Below, piece after piece: positions 1-11,065 of a DNA stretch of 52,197 nt. Source of the DNA: Hyphomicrobiaceae bacterium (GTDB taxonomy: Bacteria; Pseudomonadota; Alphaproteobacteria; Rhizobiales; Hyphomicrobiaceae); NCBI GenBank assembly GCA_031403055.1, contig JANNSW010000155.1, positions 1 to 52,197 of the forward strand, read 5' to 3'. A model generated the notes under the pieces. That model worked only from the letters and a program-made list of their open reading frames with translations, ran no database searches and was not told the origin of the DNA. How positions within the stretch are numbered: position 1 is the stretch's first letter; each line of letters starts with the position of its first letter. Both the position numbers and the translations under genes were made by a program.

Positions 1-1197
1 CTTGGCGACGCGATCGACCCAGCTCATATCGAGCTCGTTGCCCTGGTGCTGCTGCAGAAACTCGGTCCGGTTGACGCCATAGGAGTCGCCCAGCCGCATC
101 AGCCGGCCCTCGAAGCCGATCAGCTTCTTGTTGATGGCATAGAGCTGCTCGACCAGCGCCTCGATCCGGTTGTTGTTGAGCGACAGGCTCTTCACGTCGG
201 TGATGATCTCGTCGCGCAGCTTCTTGTAGCGCTTCTCTTGCGACGCCGAGAGGGCGTCCTCGTCGTGGGAGGCGCCTTCGACCTTCTGGTCTTGCAGCTT
301 GCGCAGCTTCTTGTAGGTCTGCGCGATGCGGTCGAAGGTTTCGAGCACCTTGGGCTTCAGCTCGGCTTCCATGGCGGCGAGCGACATCGAGCCTTCGAGG
401 TCGTCGTCATCGAGGTCCTCCTCGCGCGGCGCCATCTCCTCGCCAGTGGCGGATTCGGCGGTGCTTTCGAGCAAGCGCGCGCTCGGGCCCATCACGGCCG
501 GTCCACCGGGACGGTATTGGTGCTGGGCTGGCGGCATGGCGCCAGTAGCGCCGGGGACCGTGGTTGCGTCGGCAGGCGCCAGCTCGGGCGCGGCCTTGCG
601 GTCTGGGCCCTCATAGGTTGCTTCGAGATCGATGATGTCGCGAAGCAGAATCTTGCCTTCGTTCAGCTCATCGCGCCAGATGATGATCGCCTGGAAGGTG
701 AGCGGGCTCTCGCAGAGGCCAGCGATCATGGCCTCGCGGCCGGCCTCGATGCGCTTGGCGATGGCGATCTCGCCCTCGCGCGAGAGCAGCTCGACGGCGC
801 CCATCTCGCGCAGATACATGCGGACCGGATCGTCAGTGCGCTCGGTCGGCTCACTGGAGCGCTGGGTCTTGACGGGAAGTGCTTGCGGCGCGATCGCGCG
901 CACCTCCTCGGCGTCGCCATCCTCCTCCTCGGCGGCCGGCTGCTGGGCCTCCTCCGCCTCCTCCTGCTCGACGACATTGATGCCCATGTCGGAGAGCATC
1001 GCCATGGTATCCTCGATCCGATCCGGGGACGTCTCCTCGGAGGGCAGCACCTCGTTCAGCTCCTCATAGGTGACATACCCGCGGGCCTTGGCGAGCTTGA
1101 TCAGCTTCTTGACGGAGGCATCCGACAGGTCGAGCAACGGCCCATCGGGGGCTTCCGCCGGCGCATTCGCTTCCTCGTTGTTCGTCGTCGTTGCCAT
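1..1197 (-). CDS. rpoD: RNA polymerase sigma-70 factor RpoD, N-terminal 399 codons; the 3' end runs off the window
   Basis: Own translation of the minus strand from ATG 1197-1195: MATTTNNEEANAPAEAPDGPLLDLSDASVKKLIKLAKARGYVTYEELNEVLP...DDPVRMYLREMGAVELLSREGEIAIAKRIEAG (region 1.1/1.2). Absent from the ORF track because it has no stop inside the window. dnaG lies directly upstream (classic dnaG-rpoD order). Confidence 0.95.
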   Translation of the reverse strand, partial: MATTTNNEEANAPAEAPDGPLLDLSDASVKKLIKLAKARGYVTYEELNEVLPSEETSPDRIEDTMAMLSDMGINVVEQEEAEEAQQPAAEEEDGDAEEVRAIAPQALPVKTQRSSEPTERTDDPVRMYLREMGAVELLSREGEIAIAKRIEAGREAMIAGLCESPLTFQAIIIWRDELNEGKILLRDIIDLEATYEGPDRKAAPELAPADATTVPGATGAMPPAQHQYRPGGPAVMGPSARLLESTAESATGEEMAPREEDLDDDDLEGSMSLAAMEAELKPKVLETFDRIAQTYKKLRKLQDQKVEGASHDEDALSASQEKRYKKLRDEIITDVKSLSLNNNRIEALVEQLYAINKKLIGFEGRLMRLGDSYGVNRTEFLQQHQGNELDMSWVDRVAK

Positions 1198-1344
1198 GAT
1201 CCATGCTCCGATTGGCTGACGCGGGCGTCTCGATCCCGCCGCGTGGCCCGACTTCTAGTTCCGCGGGCCGCGCCCCGATCGCCCCGCGGATGCCTTAAGA
1301 TGATGCCCATCGCGTGACGGCGCGACCGGACGAGTCTGCGCTCG

Positions 1345-3315
1345 TCACCGGCCTGGGCTGCTCCCGGCCGACCGGCCGGCGGCCGGCGGGTCCTCGGAGC
1401 TTTCGGTCCTGCTCAACTCGGCGAGCCTCGCCTGCAGGTCCTTGAGCTGAGCGAATGCCTGCTCGCTCTCCTCGTCGAAATAAATTCGCTCGACGCTCCG
1501 GATCTGCTCGGCAATGGCGGAACGCTGGTGGCGCGCGAGTGTATGACGGAAGCCGAAATCGGCATCTTGGTGGCTCGCATCCGGCTCGGCGAAGGTATCG
1601 CTCTTGTGGGTGAGTGCTCGATCGACCATTTGCAGGGCGTCGCCCAGACCTGATTTCCTCAAATGGGATGCGAGACCTACGCTGTCAAGGGGGGATTGCG
1701 ACGCTGTTTCGAGGATCGCATCCCTGAGGCGGGCGAGCTGGGGGCTGCGCAAGGCGAGGATCGCCATTTCCTCCGCATAGTGCTCCGCCAGCCAGGGATG
1801 GCTGACGAGGGTCTTCAGCAGCAGTGCCTCGCGCTGGCCGGCGGCGTCCTCCCTGTCGACGACGAGCAGGCTGCGGCGCAACGAATCGCCTGCGGGCGCG
1901 GCCGCGGGCTGCGGTCGGAGGGAGCGCCGGTCGGCAGGACCCTGGCCGCCGTTGCGGGTGCGCTGGCGCCAGTCGGCCGGCGCGGTCGGGCGGCGGCCGT
2001 CGCGAGCGGCGCCGTCGCGTGTGCCGTGCGATTTGATCGCCTGCCAGTTGTGGTCGCGGACGAGTTGCCGCAGCTCGCGGCCATATTGCTCGCGCACGGC
2101 TGGCTCGCGGATGGCGGCGGCGAGCGTGGCGACACGTTTCTCCAGCGCCGCTCTGCGCTCGGGTGTGTCGAGCGGCTCGCGGTCGCGCTCACGCGCCCAC
2201 AGCACATCGATCAGGCTGTCGGGGCGGGCGAGCACGCGGGCCATGCTGGGAGCACCCTGCTGGCGGATCAGGTCGTCGGGATCGAGGCCGTCGGGCATGA
2301 AGGCGAAGGCGAGGCTCTTGCCCGGCTGCAGCAGCGGCAGCACCGTATCGACGGCCCGCCAGGCGGCCTTGCGGCCGGCAGCATCGCCGTCGAAACAGAG
2401 CACCGGCTCGGGCGCGAGGCGCCAGAGCAGTCCGATCTGGTTCTCGGTCAGGGCGGTGCCGAGCGGGGCGACGGCGTGGGTAAAGCCCGCCTCCACCAGC
2501 GCGATCACATCCATGTAGCCCTCGACCACCAGCACGCCAGCGCCGTCGTGGGCGGCCTGGCGGGCACGTGCTGCATTGAACAGCACGGAGCCCTTGTGGA
2601 ACAGCGGCGTCTCGGGGGAGTTCAAGTATTTGGGCTTGCCGTCGGGATCGAGGATACGCCCGCCAAAGGCGATGACCCGAGCCTTCAGGTCGGTGATGGG
2701 GATCATCAAGCGCCCGCGGAAGCGGTCATAGGGGCTCGCGATCTCGGGCCCGGCAACGAGCAGGCCCGCCTCGATCAGCTCGGCCTGCGTGAAGCCGGCG
2801 CGCATGAGACTGTCTTTGAGGACGCTGCGATTGTCGGGGGCGAACCCAAGGCGGAAACGCTTGCGCGCTTCCCCGGACAGGCCGCGCCGGTCGAGATAGG
2901 CGCGCGCCTCCCGAGCGGATGCGCCGGCTCCGGCGAGCGCCGTCTCGAACAGGCGGCAGGCCGCTTCGTTCGCCTCGTGCAGCCGCGACCGCACGCCCTC
3001 CGCCTGAACCACCTGCTCCGACACCGCGGGCATCGGCACGCCGGCTTCGCTGGCCAGACGCTCGACCGCCTCGGGGAATGTGAGCCCCTCCGTCGCCATC
3101 ACGAACTTGAAGATGTCGCCATGCTCCCCGCTCGAGAAGCAGTGATAGAAGCCTTTCAGGTCGTTGACGGTGAAAGAGGGGGATTTCTCGACCTTGAAGG
3201 GTGACAGCCCGATGTACTCGCGCCCCTGGCGACGCAGATTGACCCGCCGGCCGACCACCTGCGAGACAGGCAGTCGGGCCCGGATCTCGTCGAGCAGCGA
3301 GGGCGGAAAGCGCAT
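1345..3315 (-). CDS. dnaG: DNA primase DnaG
   Basis: 656 aa. CHC2 zinc-finger region FYHCFSSGEHGDIFKF, TOPRIM motif VVEGYMDVIAL, position upstream of rpoD. Confidence 0.95.
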   Translation of the reverse strand: MRFPPSLLDEIRARLPVSQVVGRRVNLRRQGREYIGLSPFKVEKSPSFTVNDLKGFYHCFSSGEHGDIFKFVMATEGLTFPEAVERLASEAGVPMPAVSEQVVQAEGVRSRLHEANEAACRLFETALAGAGASAREARAYLDRRGLSGEARKRFRLGFAPDNRSVLKDSLMRAGFTQAELIEAGLLVAGPEIASPYDRFRGRLMIPITDLKARVIAFGGRILDPDGKPKYLNSPETPLFHKGSVLFNAARARQAAHDGAGVLVVEGYMDVIALVEAGFTHAVAPLGTALTENQIGLLWRLAPEPVLCFDGDAAGRKAAWRAVDTVLPLLQPGKSLAFAFMPDGLDPDDLIRQQGAPSMARVLARPDSLIDVLWARERDREPLDTPERRAALEKRVATLAAAIREPAVREQYGRELRQLVRDHNWQAIKSHGTRDGAARDGRRPTAPADWRQRTRNGGQGPADRRSLRPQPAAAPAGDSLRRSLLVVDREDAAGQREALLLKTLVSHPWLAEHYAEEMAILALRSPQLARLRDAILETASQSPLDSVGLASHLRKSGLGDALQMVDRALTHKSDTFAEPDASHQDADFGFRHTLARHQRSAIAEQIRSVERIYFDEESEQAFAQLKDLQARLAELSRTESSEDPPAAGRSAGSSPGR

Positions 3316-3411
3316 GGGAGCCGCGGGGTGAGCGTTGGATGCCTGAAGCGTGCCGCAGGATAGCTGATTCGCACCCTCGCCCGGCTGCGACCTGCCACGG
3401 TCAACAGGCGA

Positions 3412-3978
3412 TCAACAGGATATCCACGAGTTGGCTGTCGCTGCTGACGCCGAGGTCCGGGCGGCCCCGGCGCGGATCAACGCAAGGATAGCCGGTTTTT
3501 CCACACTGGTGCCCGGGCAGGTCTTGGTGGTCAGAGGCACCTCGCGGTGGAAGAGGAGCGACTCGGGCGGCAGCCGGAAACGGCGCTGCACGGAGCGGAT
3601 CACGAGAATGGTCGCGGCCAGCTGGTCGCCCTCGAGCCGGTCGTGACCAGCATCGAAATTACCGATCATCTCGAGCATGAACACGCCCTGGTTGAGCACG
3701 CCGCCGACGCTCGCGGGCGTCAGGTTCCAGTCGCGACCGGTCCAGATGGTGCCGTCGGGGGCGATCGAGACGTGCTGGGCGATATCGGCAAAGCCGCGCT
3801 CCTCCACATGGAAGCGCGCCATCGCCTCGATCGAGTCGAGGCCCCGATAGTCGGCGTGAGCCGGGAAGAACGTGTGGTGCATGTCGACCCGCCAGACCCG
3901 CCGCGTCCAAGAAAAGGCAGCGACTTCAGCAACAAAACGATCTGGGCTCAACGAACGAAACGGGGATGGCATGTCCAC
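3412..3978 (-). CDS. N-acetylmuramoyl-L-alanine amidase (Amidase_2/PGRP-like) domain protein
   Basis: 188 aa; MHHTF...GFADIAQHVSIAPDGTIWTGRDWN...FHREV..TKTCPG pattern typical of amidase_2 proteins. Start could be 3978 or 3972. Confidence 0.6.
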   Translation of the reverse strand: MDMPSPFRSLSPDRFVAEVAAFSWTRRVWRVDMHHTFFPAHADYRGLDSIEAMARFHVEERGFADIAQHVSIAPDGTIWTGRDWNLTPASVGGVLNQGVFMLEMIGNFDAGHDRLEGDQLAATILVIRSVQRRFRLPPESLLFHREVPLTTKTCPGTSVEKPAILALIRAGAARTSASAATANSWISC

Positions 3979-4064
3979 TCCACTGTCATTTGGTTTGGGT
4001 GCGCGGCGCGAATCACTGTTTGCTCGATCTGTGTAGGTAACGGGCGTGTCGCAATTCAGGACGA

Positions 4065-4907
4065 ATGGGAAAGGACGTCGCCATGAAGGTCGATTTCAAA
4101 CGCTCTTTCGGAGATGCTCCCGATCCCAGGTTCTTCGAAGGCGAAATCTCGCACAAGTCCGCGACCGGATTCAAACTCTCCGAGCATGGCGTCGAAGTGA
4201 AATGGCGCGGAACCGATCTGACCTATGACGAGGACGGCGGTCCGGCGACCGGGGTCTTGACCGGCCTCGACTATGTGCGCGACGGCAAGCTGATGTTCTC
4301 GTTGCGCAACCTCAATGGCAACGTGGCCGAGATATCCGCGGCGTTGAAAGCGGCCGAGGCGCCAGGCGCCGAGAATCCAGATGGCGCGCAAGACCAGATC
4401 ATGGCGAAACTTTTGGCCGGAGGCGATGTGGCCATCGGCTCCTCGGGCGATGACGAGATCGGACTGGGCGAGGGCAACGACACCCTGGAAGGCAATGGCG
4501 GCAACGATCAGCTGTTCGGCGAAGCTGGCCGCGACGATCTCGATGGCGGTAAGGGCAGCGACTGGCTGAACGGCGGCGAAGGCCAGGATTTTCTCAATGG
4601 CGGCGCCGGCAAGGATCTGTTCGAGCTCGAGGCCGCCTCCGACTCACGGCGTGGCTCCAGGCGCGACGTGATCGACGACTTCGAGCACGGCTCCGACCGG
4701 ATCGGCCTCGCCGGCATCGACGCCAACATCGGCCTTGATGGCGATCAGAAATTCAAATTCATCGGCGACAAAGCATTTACCGGCCACGCCGGGGAATTGC
4801 GCTTCTACAATCACATCCTTGCCGGCGACGTCAACGGTGATGGCAAAGCCGATTTCGAGATCAAGGTGAACGGCGACGACGTGGCAAAGGGCGACATACT
4901 CCTCTGA
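4065..4907 (+). CDS. Calcium-binding RTX (hemolysin-type nonapeptide repeat) protein with serralysin-like C-terminal domain
   Basis: Tandem GGxGxD repeats: GNDTLEGNGGNDQLFGEAGRDDLDGGKGSDWLNGGEGQDFLNGGAGKDLF, then DVIDDFEHGSDRIGLAGID...KFKFIG...AGELRF. Alternative start ATG 4083. Confidence 0.8.
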   Translation: MGKDVAMKVDFKRSFGDAPDPRFFEGEISHKSATGFKLSEHGVEVKWRGTDLTYDEDGGPATGVLTGLDYVRDGKLMFSLRNLNGNVAEISAALKAAEAPGAENPDGAQDQIMAKLLAGGDVAIGSSGDDEIGLGEGNDTLEGNGGNDQLFGEAGRDDLDGGKGSDWLNGGEGQDFLNGGAGKDLFELEAASDSRRGSRRDVIDDFEHGSDRIGLAGIDANIGLDGDQKFKFIGDKAFTGHAGELRFYNHILAGDVNGDGKADFEIKVNGDDVAKGDILL

Positions 4908-4925
4908 AGGGCAGTGGCGCAGCTG

Positions 4926-5375
4926 CTATTTCAGCAGCTCCTTCACCATCCCGCTCGCCTTGCCGAAATCCATCCGGCCGGCAAAGCGCTCCTTCAGCGC
5001 CGTCATGGTGCGTCCCATGTCCTTCAGGCCAGCGGCTTCGATCTCCGCGATCACCTGCTCGATGGTGGCGCGGGTCTGGGCCGCGTCCATCGCCTTGGGC
5101 AAGAACTCGCGAATGATGGCGATCTCCTCGATCTCCTGATCGTGCAACTCCATCCGGCCGGCCGATTTGTAGATCGCGGCCGACTCGTGGCGCTGCTTCA
5201 CCATCTTCTGCATCACCTCGAGGATCTCCGTATCGGCGAGCACGTCCCGGCCCGAGCCTTGCGCCGCAAGATCTCGATCCTTGATGGTCGCCATCATCAG
5301 CCGCAGCGTCGTCAGCCGCCGTTTGGCTTGGGCTTTCATCGCCGACTTCATTTCCGTCGCCAGCCTGTCGCGCAT
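4926..5375 (-). CDS. GatB/YqeY domain-containing protein
   Basis: 149 aa; MRDRLATEMKSAMKA...RLTTLRLMMATIKDRD...EIAIIREFLPK...KDMGRTMTALKERFAGRMDFGKAS matches the YqeY family layout. Confidence 0.85.
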   Translation of the reverse strand: MRDRLATEMKSAMKAQAKRRLTTLRLMMATIKDRDLAAQGSGRDVLADTEILEVMQKMVKQRHESAAIYKSAGRMELHDQEIEEIAIIREFLPKAMDAAQTRATIEQVIAEIEAAGLKDMGRTMTALKERFAGRMDFGKASGMVKELLK

Positions 5376-5564
5376 GGGGATCCTGCTGATGAAACACTAC
5401 TGACAAATCTCGGCGCAAACGGGCCCATCCGCAAGGGCCGCCAAGGTCGCGGGTGTCGCCGTCAGCATGGCGCCTGGAACGAAAATTGCAAAGTCCCGCT
5501 GCAACGAGGGTTACCGCGCTGTCGCGGCGGCCTGATCGCGGCATCGAGGCAGCAAGCGGCCAGA

Positions 5565-6218
5565 GTGAGCGACGAGCAAGCGAAAAATCATGCGACTGCG
5601 CCCGCTCGGCCCGGCGTTTCGAGTGCTCTCGAGCGTCTGTGCGATGTGGCGACCGGAGCAGCCCTTGCCGTCACCGTGCTCTTTCTCGCCAGCGCTTGGC
5701 ACGCGGCGCATCGGGAGGGCGGTCCGGCGAGCGCCTTGGCGGCTGTCGTCGCCCTGGGCGAAGAGCTGGTCGCCGCGGCGGAGGCCGAGCAGGGCGCCGG
5801 AGCGTTGGCCCGATGCAACGGCGAGGCGCTGACACCGTCGGCGCTTGGCGCTTTGCAAACGGCTTTGGCCGATGATGGGCGGACGGCTCAATTCGGGCTC
5901 GACCGCATCGCCGGGTTCCTGGCCTGCGCCATCCAGACCGACCCGGCCCATTATTGCGAGGCCGGGCCACGCCAGGGTTTGCTCGACCGCGTGCGCGCGA
6001 CACTGGCGCTGCGCCGTAAGCTGAGCGGAGTGAGCCTGCCGGCTCCGGTCGACGATCCGGAATCGGGTAGCGAGCAGTTGGCTGCCGCCGTGGCTGGGCT
6101 CGTTGCCGACGGCATTGTGCTGCCGCAGCACGTCGCGACGCTGCTGACGCCGGTCTGGCCCGACGACCTCGACCGCCTCGCCGCGGGCGTCGAGCCAGGC
6201 GCGTCGAGCTGCCCGTAG
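5565..6218 (+). CDS. Hypothetical Ala-rich protein with one predicted N-terminal TM segment
   Basis: 3' part of ORF 4914..6218. The 5' part of that frame is antisense to yqeY, so a GTG at 5565 is the first plausible start. High third-position GC, hydrophobic stretch [15 protein letters not shown], no recognisable family and no clear SD. Confidence 0.35.
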   Translation: MSDEQAKNHATAPARPGVSSALERLCDVATGAALAVTVLFLASAWHAAHREGGPASALAAVVALGEELVAAAEAEQGAGALARCNGEALTPSALGALQTALADDGRTAQFGLDRIAGFLACAIQTDPAHYCEAGPRQGLLDRVRATLALRRKLSGVSLPAPVDDPESGSEQLAAAVAGLVADGIVLPQHVATLLTPVWPDDLDRLAAGVEPGASSCP

Positions 6219-6259
6219 TAGTATGCGCCGGCGCGCGGGCTGTGATATGTACCCGCGCC

Positions 6260-7636
6260 ATGACGCAAGCACTCAAATCCAGATCGCGGCCCGCGGCCGC
6301 AAAGCCCGATCCCGCCAGTCCCGCGCCCAAGGTGGGCTTCGTCTCGCTCGGCTGCCCCAAGGCGCTCGTTGATTCGGAACGGATCATCACCAAGCTGCGC
6401 TCCGAGGGCTATCAGCTCTCAGCGACCCACGAGGGCGCCGATGTGGTCGTGGTCAACACCTGCGGCTTCCTCGACAGCGCCCGCGATGAGAGCCTGGACG
6501 CCATTGGCGAGGCGATCGCAAAGAATGGCCGGGTGATCGTCACCGGGTGCCTGGGCGCCGAAGCCAGCCTCATTCGCGAGCGCCATCCTGGCGTGCTCGC
6601 CATCACTGGGCCGCAGCAGTACGAGGCCGTCGTCGCCGAGGTCCACAAGGTGGCGCCGCCGCGTCACGACCCCTACCTCGACCTCGTCCCGCCCGAGGGC
6701 ATCCGCCTTACGCCGCGCCACTACGCCTATCTGAAGATTTCCGAAGGCTGCAACAATTCCTGCTCCTTCTGTATCATTCCGGACCTGCGGGGAAAGCTCG
6801 TCTCCAGGCCCGCCGCCCATGTCATGCAGGAAGCCGAGCGGCTGGTGACTGCGGGCGTCAAGGAATTGCTCGTCATCAGCCAGGATACGAGCGCCTATGG
6901 GGTCGATATCAGATATGCCGAGAGTCCCTGGAAAGGGGCAATGCTCAAGGCGCGGTTCCTCGATCTGGCGGCAGCCCTCGGCAGCCTCGGGGTCTGGGTG
7001 CGGCTGCACTACGTCTATCCCTATCCCCATGTCGACGAAGTGATCCCGCTGATGGCGGAAGGCAAGATCCTGCCCTATCTCGACATCCCCTTCCAGCACG
7101 CGAGCCCGCGCGTGCTGAAGGCCATGCGCCGGCCGGCTGCCCAGGAGAGGACGCTCGAGCGGATCGCCCGCTGGCGTGCGATCTGCCCCGATCTCGCCTT
7201 GCGCTCGACTTTCATCGTTGGGTTCCCGGGCGAGACGGAGGAGGACTTCGAATTCCTGCTCGGCTGGTTGCGCCAAGCCCGCATCGATCGCCTGGGCTGT
7301 TTCAAATACGAGGACGTCAAGGGCGCCCGCTCGAACGCGCTCGAGGGTCAGGTCCCCGAGGCCGTGAAGGAGCAGCGCTGGCATCGGCTGATGCAACTCC
7401 AGCAGCGGATCAGCGCGGAGCGGATGGCGGAGCGGGTCGGGCGCCATACGACCGTGCTCGTCGACACGGTCGAGGGGACCAAGGTCACCGCCCGCAGCCC
7501 GTGGGATGCCCCCGAGATCGATGGTATCGTCACGGTGAAGGGCGCCAAGGGCGCCAAGCCCGGCGACCTGCTGGCCGTGGAGGTGACGGGCGCGAAGGAC
7601 TACGATCTGGTTGCGCGCGTGCGCACGGCGCCATGA
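6260..7636 (+). CDS. rimO: Ribosomal protein S12 methylthiotransferase RimO
   Basis: [17 protein letters not shown] (MTTase N domain), radical-SAM [12 protein letters not shown]-terminal TRAM. Start taken at ATG 6260; the track ORF begins at GTG 6242. Confidence 0.9.
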   Translation: MTQALKSRSRPAAAKPDPASPAPKVGFVSLGCPKALVDSERIITKLRSEGYQLSATHEGADVVVVNTCGFLDSARDESLDAIGEAIAKNGRVIVTGCLGAEASLIRERHPGVLAITGPQQYEAVVAEVHKVAPPRHDPYLDLVPPEGIRLTPRHYAYLKISEGCNNSCSFCIIPDLRGKLVSRPAAHVMQEAERLVTAGVKELLVISQDTSAYGVDIRYAESPWKGAMLKARFLDLAAALGSLGVWVRLHYVYPYPHVDEVIPLMAEGKILPYLDIPFQHASPRVLKAMRRPAAQERTLERIARWRAICPDLALRSTFIVGFPGETEEDFEFLLGWLRQARIDRLGCFKYEDVKGARSNALEGQVPEAVKEQRWHRLMQLQQRISAERMAERVGRHTTVLVDTVEGTKVTARSPWDAPEIDGIVTVKGAKGAKPGDLLAVEVTGAKDYDLVARVRTAP

Positions 7637-8238
7637 CGAAACGCACGGCCGGCCCGGAAATCGAGCGGCTGATCGGGCTACTCGCCCGCTTGCCGGGGCT
7701 CGGGCCGCGCTCGGCGAGGAAAGCCGCGCTTGCCCTGCTGAAACGGCGCGCCGATCTGCTCACGCCGCTGGCGGCGGCACTCGCCGAAGCCGATGCCAAG
7801 CTCGTCACCTGCCCCGACTGCGGCAATGTCGACACCCTCTCGCCCTGCGCCATCTGTCGCGATCCGGCGCGGCCGGCCGGCCTCATCGTCGTGGTCGAGG
7901 AGGTCGGGGATCTATGGGCGCTGGAGCGGGGTGGCGTCGTCAATGCCCGCTATCACGTGCTGGGCGGTCACCTCTCGCCGCTCGATGGGATCGGACCGGA
8001 GGAGCTGGCGATCCCGCGCCTCGTCGAGCGATCGCGCGAAGCCTCGGTCAAGGAGGTGCTGCTCGCACTCAACGCGACCGTCGAGGGGCAGTCGACCGCG
8101 CACTATCTGTGCGAGATGCTCGAGCGGCCGGGCCTCTCCATCTCCCGCCTCGCCCATGGCGTGCCGGTGGGCGGCGAGCTCGACTATCTCGATGACGGCA
8201 CGCTCGCAGCAGCCTTTCGCAGCCGGCGGCCGGCGTGA
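7633..8238 (+). CDS. recR: Recombination protein RecR
   Basis: [32 protein letters not shown] (HhH), zinc finger [16 protein letters not shown], Toprim [15 protein letters not shown] 7633 overlaps the rimO stop (ATGA). Confidence 0.92.
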   Translation: MTKRTAGPEIERLIGLLARLPGLGPRSARKAALALLKRRADLLTPLAAALAEADAKLVTCPDCGNVDTLSPCAICRDPARPAGLIVVVEEVGDLWALERGGVVNARYHVLGGHLSPLDGIGPEELAIPRLVERSREASVKEVLLALNATVEGQSTAHYLCEMLERPGLSISRLAHGVPVGGELDYLDDGTLAAAFRSRRPA

Positions 8239-8250
8239 CGGGCCGGAGCG

Positions 8251-9345
8251 CTACTGCCCGCTGAGAGCACCCGAAAAGCCGAGCCCCATCATCGTTTCGC
8301 CCTCGCTGGTGTCGTCAGCCTTGACTGGCGCGCTGGTCTCGGCGAGCACGTCGGCGTCGGATCTGGCCTGGGGAGCGCCGAGCGCCGCCTCCGCGCCGCT
8401 ATCATCGCCAGGAAGCGCGCCGCGCGACTGCGACCTCGGCATGGTGATGATCTCGCCATCCGCGCAGGTGCGGGTCAGTTGCCCGAAGCTCGTGAAGGCG
8501 TCCACGTCGGCTTCGTGCGTGGCGACCCCGTCCGCGCCCGTCTCGCCGGTGCTCAACTTGTGGGTCTCGAGCCATTTGTCGACGATCGATGTCGCCCGGC
8601 TCCGCACATTGGGTGCCGCATTGCAATAGACCTGCTGATACAGCTCCTCGATCCAGATCCGGTCCTCCGCGGGTGCCCCGCCCAGCGCGATCGTTACCAG
8701 TGCGAGCCCCAGCGCCGGCCGGCGGGCCACATGCCGCCCGTTCCAGAACAGATCGCCGAGGAAAGCCTGCGCGCCCACATGATCGCGCTTCTCGGCGAGC
8801 GTCGACAGCCAGTGCAGGCCGGCGGAGACCGCATCGGCGTCGGCCTCGTCCGCGAGGCTGAGCCGAGCGAGCTCGAACTGGGCGTCCGCGTTGTCGAAAT
8901 AGCTCGCGGCAAGCTCGAGATAATCCCGCGCGCGGGCCGGATCAGGTTCCATCTGCAATTCAGGGATGCCGGTCCGCCAATAGCGGGCAAGTGCCACGAA
9001 GGCATGCGAGACGAAGCGCGCGCGCGGATCGAGATAGGGATCGATCTCGCGATTGGCCTCTGCGATGCTCTCGAACAGCTTGAAGGCGGCGGCGTCATTG
9101 CGATAGCCGCTGCGCGGGTTCGCATAGATGCGGGCCAGCTCGTACTGGGCGAGGAAATAGCCCTCGCTCGCCGCATGGTCGAGCAGTGGCAACGCCCGCT
9201 CGGCATTGCCATCCCGGTAGGCCTGCATGCCCTCCAGGAACACCTGCGACGCTGGCGTTGCCGACTGGACCGCCGCGATCGGGCAAAGCAGGGCAAGAGC
9301 GAGCAAGCCCGCTCCCGCCGATGTCACAATTCTAGATGTCCGCAT
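8251..9345 (-). CDS. Secreted Sel1/TPR-like repeat protein (possibly ExoR-like)
   Basis: Signal-like N-terminus [19 protein letters not shown]. Repeats of the type [11 protein letters not shown]..., [10 protein letters not shown]..., [12 protein letters not shown]. Acidic C-terminal tail. Start overlaps the ilvD stop by 14 nt. Confidence 0.65.
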   Translation of the reverse strand: MRTSRIVTSAGAGLLALALLCPIAAVQSATPASQVFLEGMQAYRDGNAERALPLLDHAASEGYFLAQYELARIYANPRSGYRNDAAAFKLFESIAEANREIDPYLDPRARFVSHAFVALARYWRTGIPELQMEPDPARARDYLELAASYFDNADAQFELARLSLADEADADAVSAGLHWLSTLAEKRDHVGAQAFLGDLFWNGRHVARRPALGLALVTIALGGAPAEDRIWIEELYQQVYCNAAPNVRSRATSIVDKWLETHKLSTGETGADGVATHEADVDAFTSFGQLTRTCADGEIITMPRSQSRGALPGDDSGAEAALGAPQARSDADVLAETSAPVKADDTSEGETMMGLGFSGALSGQ

Positions 9346-11065
9346 AGCAAACCACTTCCGCCTCGCCCCCTGGATGGGTCACGGCGCCTGTTCGCGCCGG
9401 GCCCACCTGCTGTGCATACTTCCAGAGCGCGCCGCTCTGGTAATCGGTCGTCGGCGCTGTCCAGGACTTGCGCCGCTTCCGCAACACCTTCTCATCGACC
9501 TCGAGGTCGAGCGTGCCCTTGACCGCATCGATCGAAATGATGTCGCCATCCTCGATCAGCGCAATCGGTCCACCGACCGCGGCCTCTGGGCCGACATGGC
9601 CGATGCAGAAGCCGCGCGTGCCACCCGAGAAGCGGCCGTCGGTGATGAGCGCGACCTTCTCGCCCATGCCCTGGCCGTAGAGGGCTGCCGTCGTCGACAG
9701 CATCTCGCGCATGCCGGGGCCGCCTCTGGGACCCTCGTAGCGGATCACCAGCACCTCGCCTTCCGCGTAGCCCTTCTTGGCGACCGCCTCGAAGCAGGCC
9801 TCCTCGCTGTCGAAGCAGCGTGCCGGGCCCTTGAACTTCAGCATCTTCATGCCAGCGACCTTCACGATCGCCCCGTCGGGCGCCAGCGACCCCTTGAGCC
9901 CCACGACACCGCCCGTCTTCGATATGGGGTTGGAGGTCGGATAGACAACCTTCTGTTTGGTATTGAATTTCACCTTCTCGAGGTTCTGCTTGATGGTCCG
10001 CCCGGTGACCGTGATGCAGTCCTCGTGGAGATAACCGCCGTCGAGCAGCGCCTTCATGATCTGCGGCACGCCGCCGATGTCGAACACGTCCTTGGCAACA
10101 TACTTGCCGCCCGGCTTCAGGTCGGCGATATAGGGCGTCCGCTTGAAGATCCTGGCAACGTCGAACAGGTCGAATTCGATCCCGCACTCGTGCGCGATCG
10201 CCGGCAGATGCAGCGCGGCATTGGTCGAGCCGCCCGTCGCCGCGACGATGATCGCGGCGTTCTCCAACGATTTCCTGGTCACGATGTCGCGCGGGCGGAT
10301 ACCGTCGGCGAGGAGCCGCATCACGGCGCGCCCGCTTGCAACCGCATACTCGTCGCGGTTGAGATCGGGCGCCGGCGCGCCGGCCGAGCCCGGCAGCGCA
10401 AGGCCGATCATCTCGGAGATGCAGGCCATGGTGTTCGCGGTGAATTGCCCGCCGCAGGCGCCCGCCGACGGGCAGGCGTGACACTCGAGCTCGTGCAGCT
10501 CGGCGTCGTCCATCTTGCCGGCCGAATGCTGGCCGACGGCCTCGAACACGTCGACGATCGTCACGTCCTTGCCCTTGTGCTTGCCCGGCAGGATCGAGCC
10601 GCCATACATGAACACGCTCGGCACGTTGAGGCGCACCATCGCCATCATCATGCCGGGCAGCGACTTGTCACAGCCCGCGACACCGACGAGGGCGTCATAG
10701 CAATGGCCGCGCATGGTGAGCTCGATCGAATCCGCGATACACTCGCGGCTGACGAGCGAGGACTTCATGCCCTGGTGTCCCATGGCGATGCCGTCCGTCA
10801 CCGTGATCGTGCAGAACTCGCGGGGCGTGCCGCCGGCCTCGTTCACGCCCTTCTTCGCGGACTGGGCTTGGCGCATCAGCGCGATGTTGCAGGGGGCGGA
10901 TTCGTTCCAGCAGGACGCCACGCCGACGAGCGGGCGGTGGATCTGCTCTTCCGTCAGTCCCATTGCATAGTAGAAAGCGCGGTGCGGTGCCCGGGTCGGT
11001 CCCTCGGTCACGTGCCGGCTCGGCAGCTTCTTCTTGTCGAATACCTTGGCGTCCATGGATCCCAT
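9332..11065 (-). CDS. ilvD: Dihydroxy-acid dehydratase IlvD
   Basis: 577 aa; [57 protein letters not shown]. Alternative start ATG 11056. Confidence 0.93.
   Translation of the reverse strand: MGSMDAKVFDKKKLPSRHVTEGPTRAPHRAFYYAMGLTEEQIHRPLVGVASCWNESAPCNIALMRQAQSAKKGVNEAGGTPREFCTITVTDGIAMGHQGMKSSLVSRECIADSIELTMRGHCYDALVGVAGCDKSLPGMMMAMVRLNVPSVFMYGGSILPGKHKGKDVTIVDVFEAVGQHSAGKMDDAELHELECHACPSAGACGGQFTANTMACISEMIGLALPGSAGAPAPDLNRDEYAVASGRAVMRLLADGIRPRDIVTRKSLENAAIIVAATGGSTNAALHLPAIAHECGIEFDLFDVARIFKRTPYIADLKPGGKYVAKDVFDIGGVPQIMKALLDGGYLHEDCITVTGRTIKQNLEKVKFNTKQKVVYPTSNPISKTGGVVGLKGSLAPDGAIVKVAGMKMLKFKGPARCFDSEEACFEAVAKKGYAEGEVLVIRYEGPRGGPGMREMLSTTAALYGQGMGEKVALITDGRFSGGTRGFCIGHVGPEAAVGGPIALIEDGDIISIDAVKGTLDLEVDEKVLRKRRKSWTAPTTDYQSGALWKYAQQVGPARTGAVTHPGGEAEVVCYADI

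Noticed and set aside
46-1317. 423-aa plus-strand ORF and nested ORFs over 46-1317
   Set aside because: Antisense shadow of rpoD. The translation is a Leu/Arg/Gly-rich low-complexity string, while the minus strand gives an unmistakable RpoD N-terminus.
4914-5564. N-terminal 217 codons of track ORF 4914..6218
   Set aside because: Antisense to the GatB/YqeY gene and spanning its promoter region. Only the part after 5565 is kept, and at low confidence.
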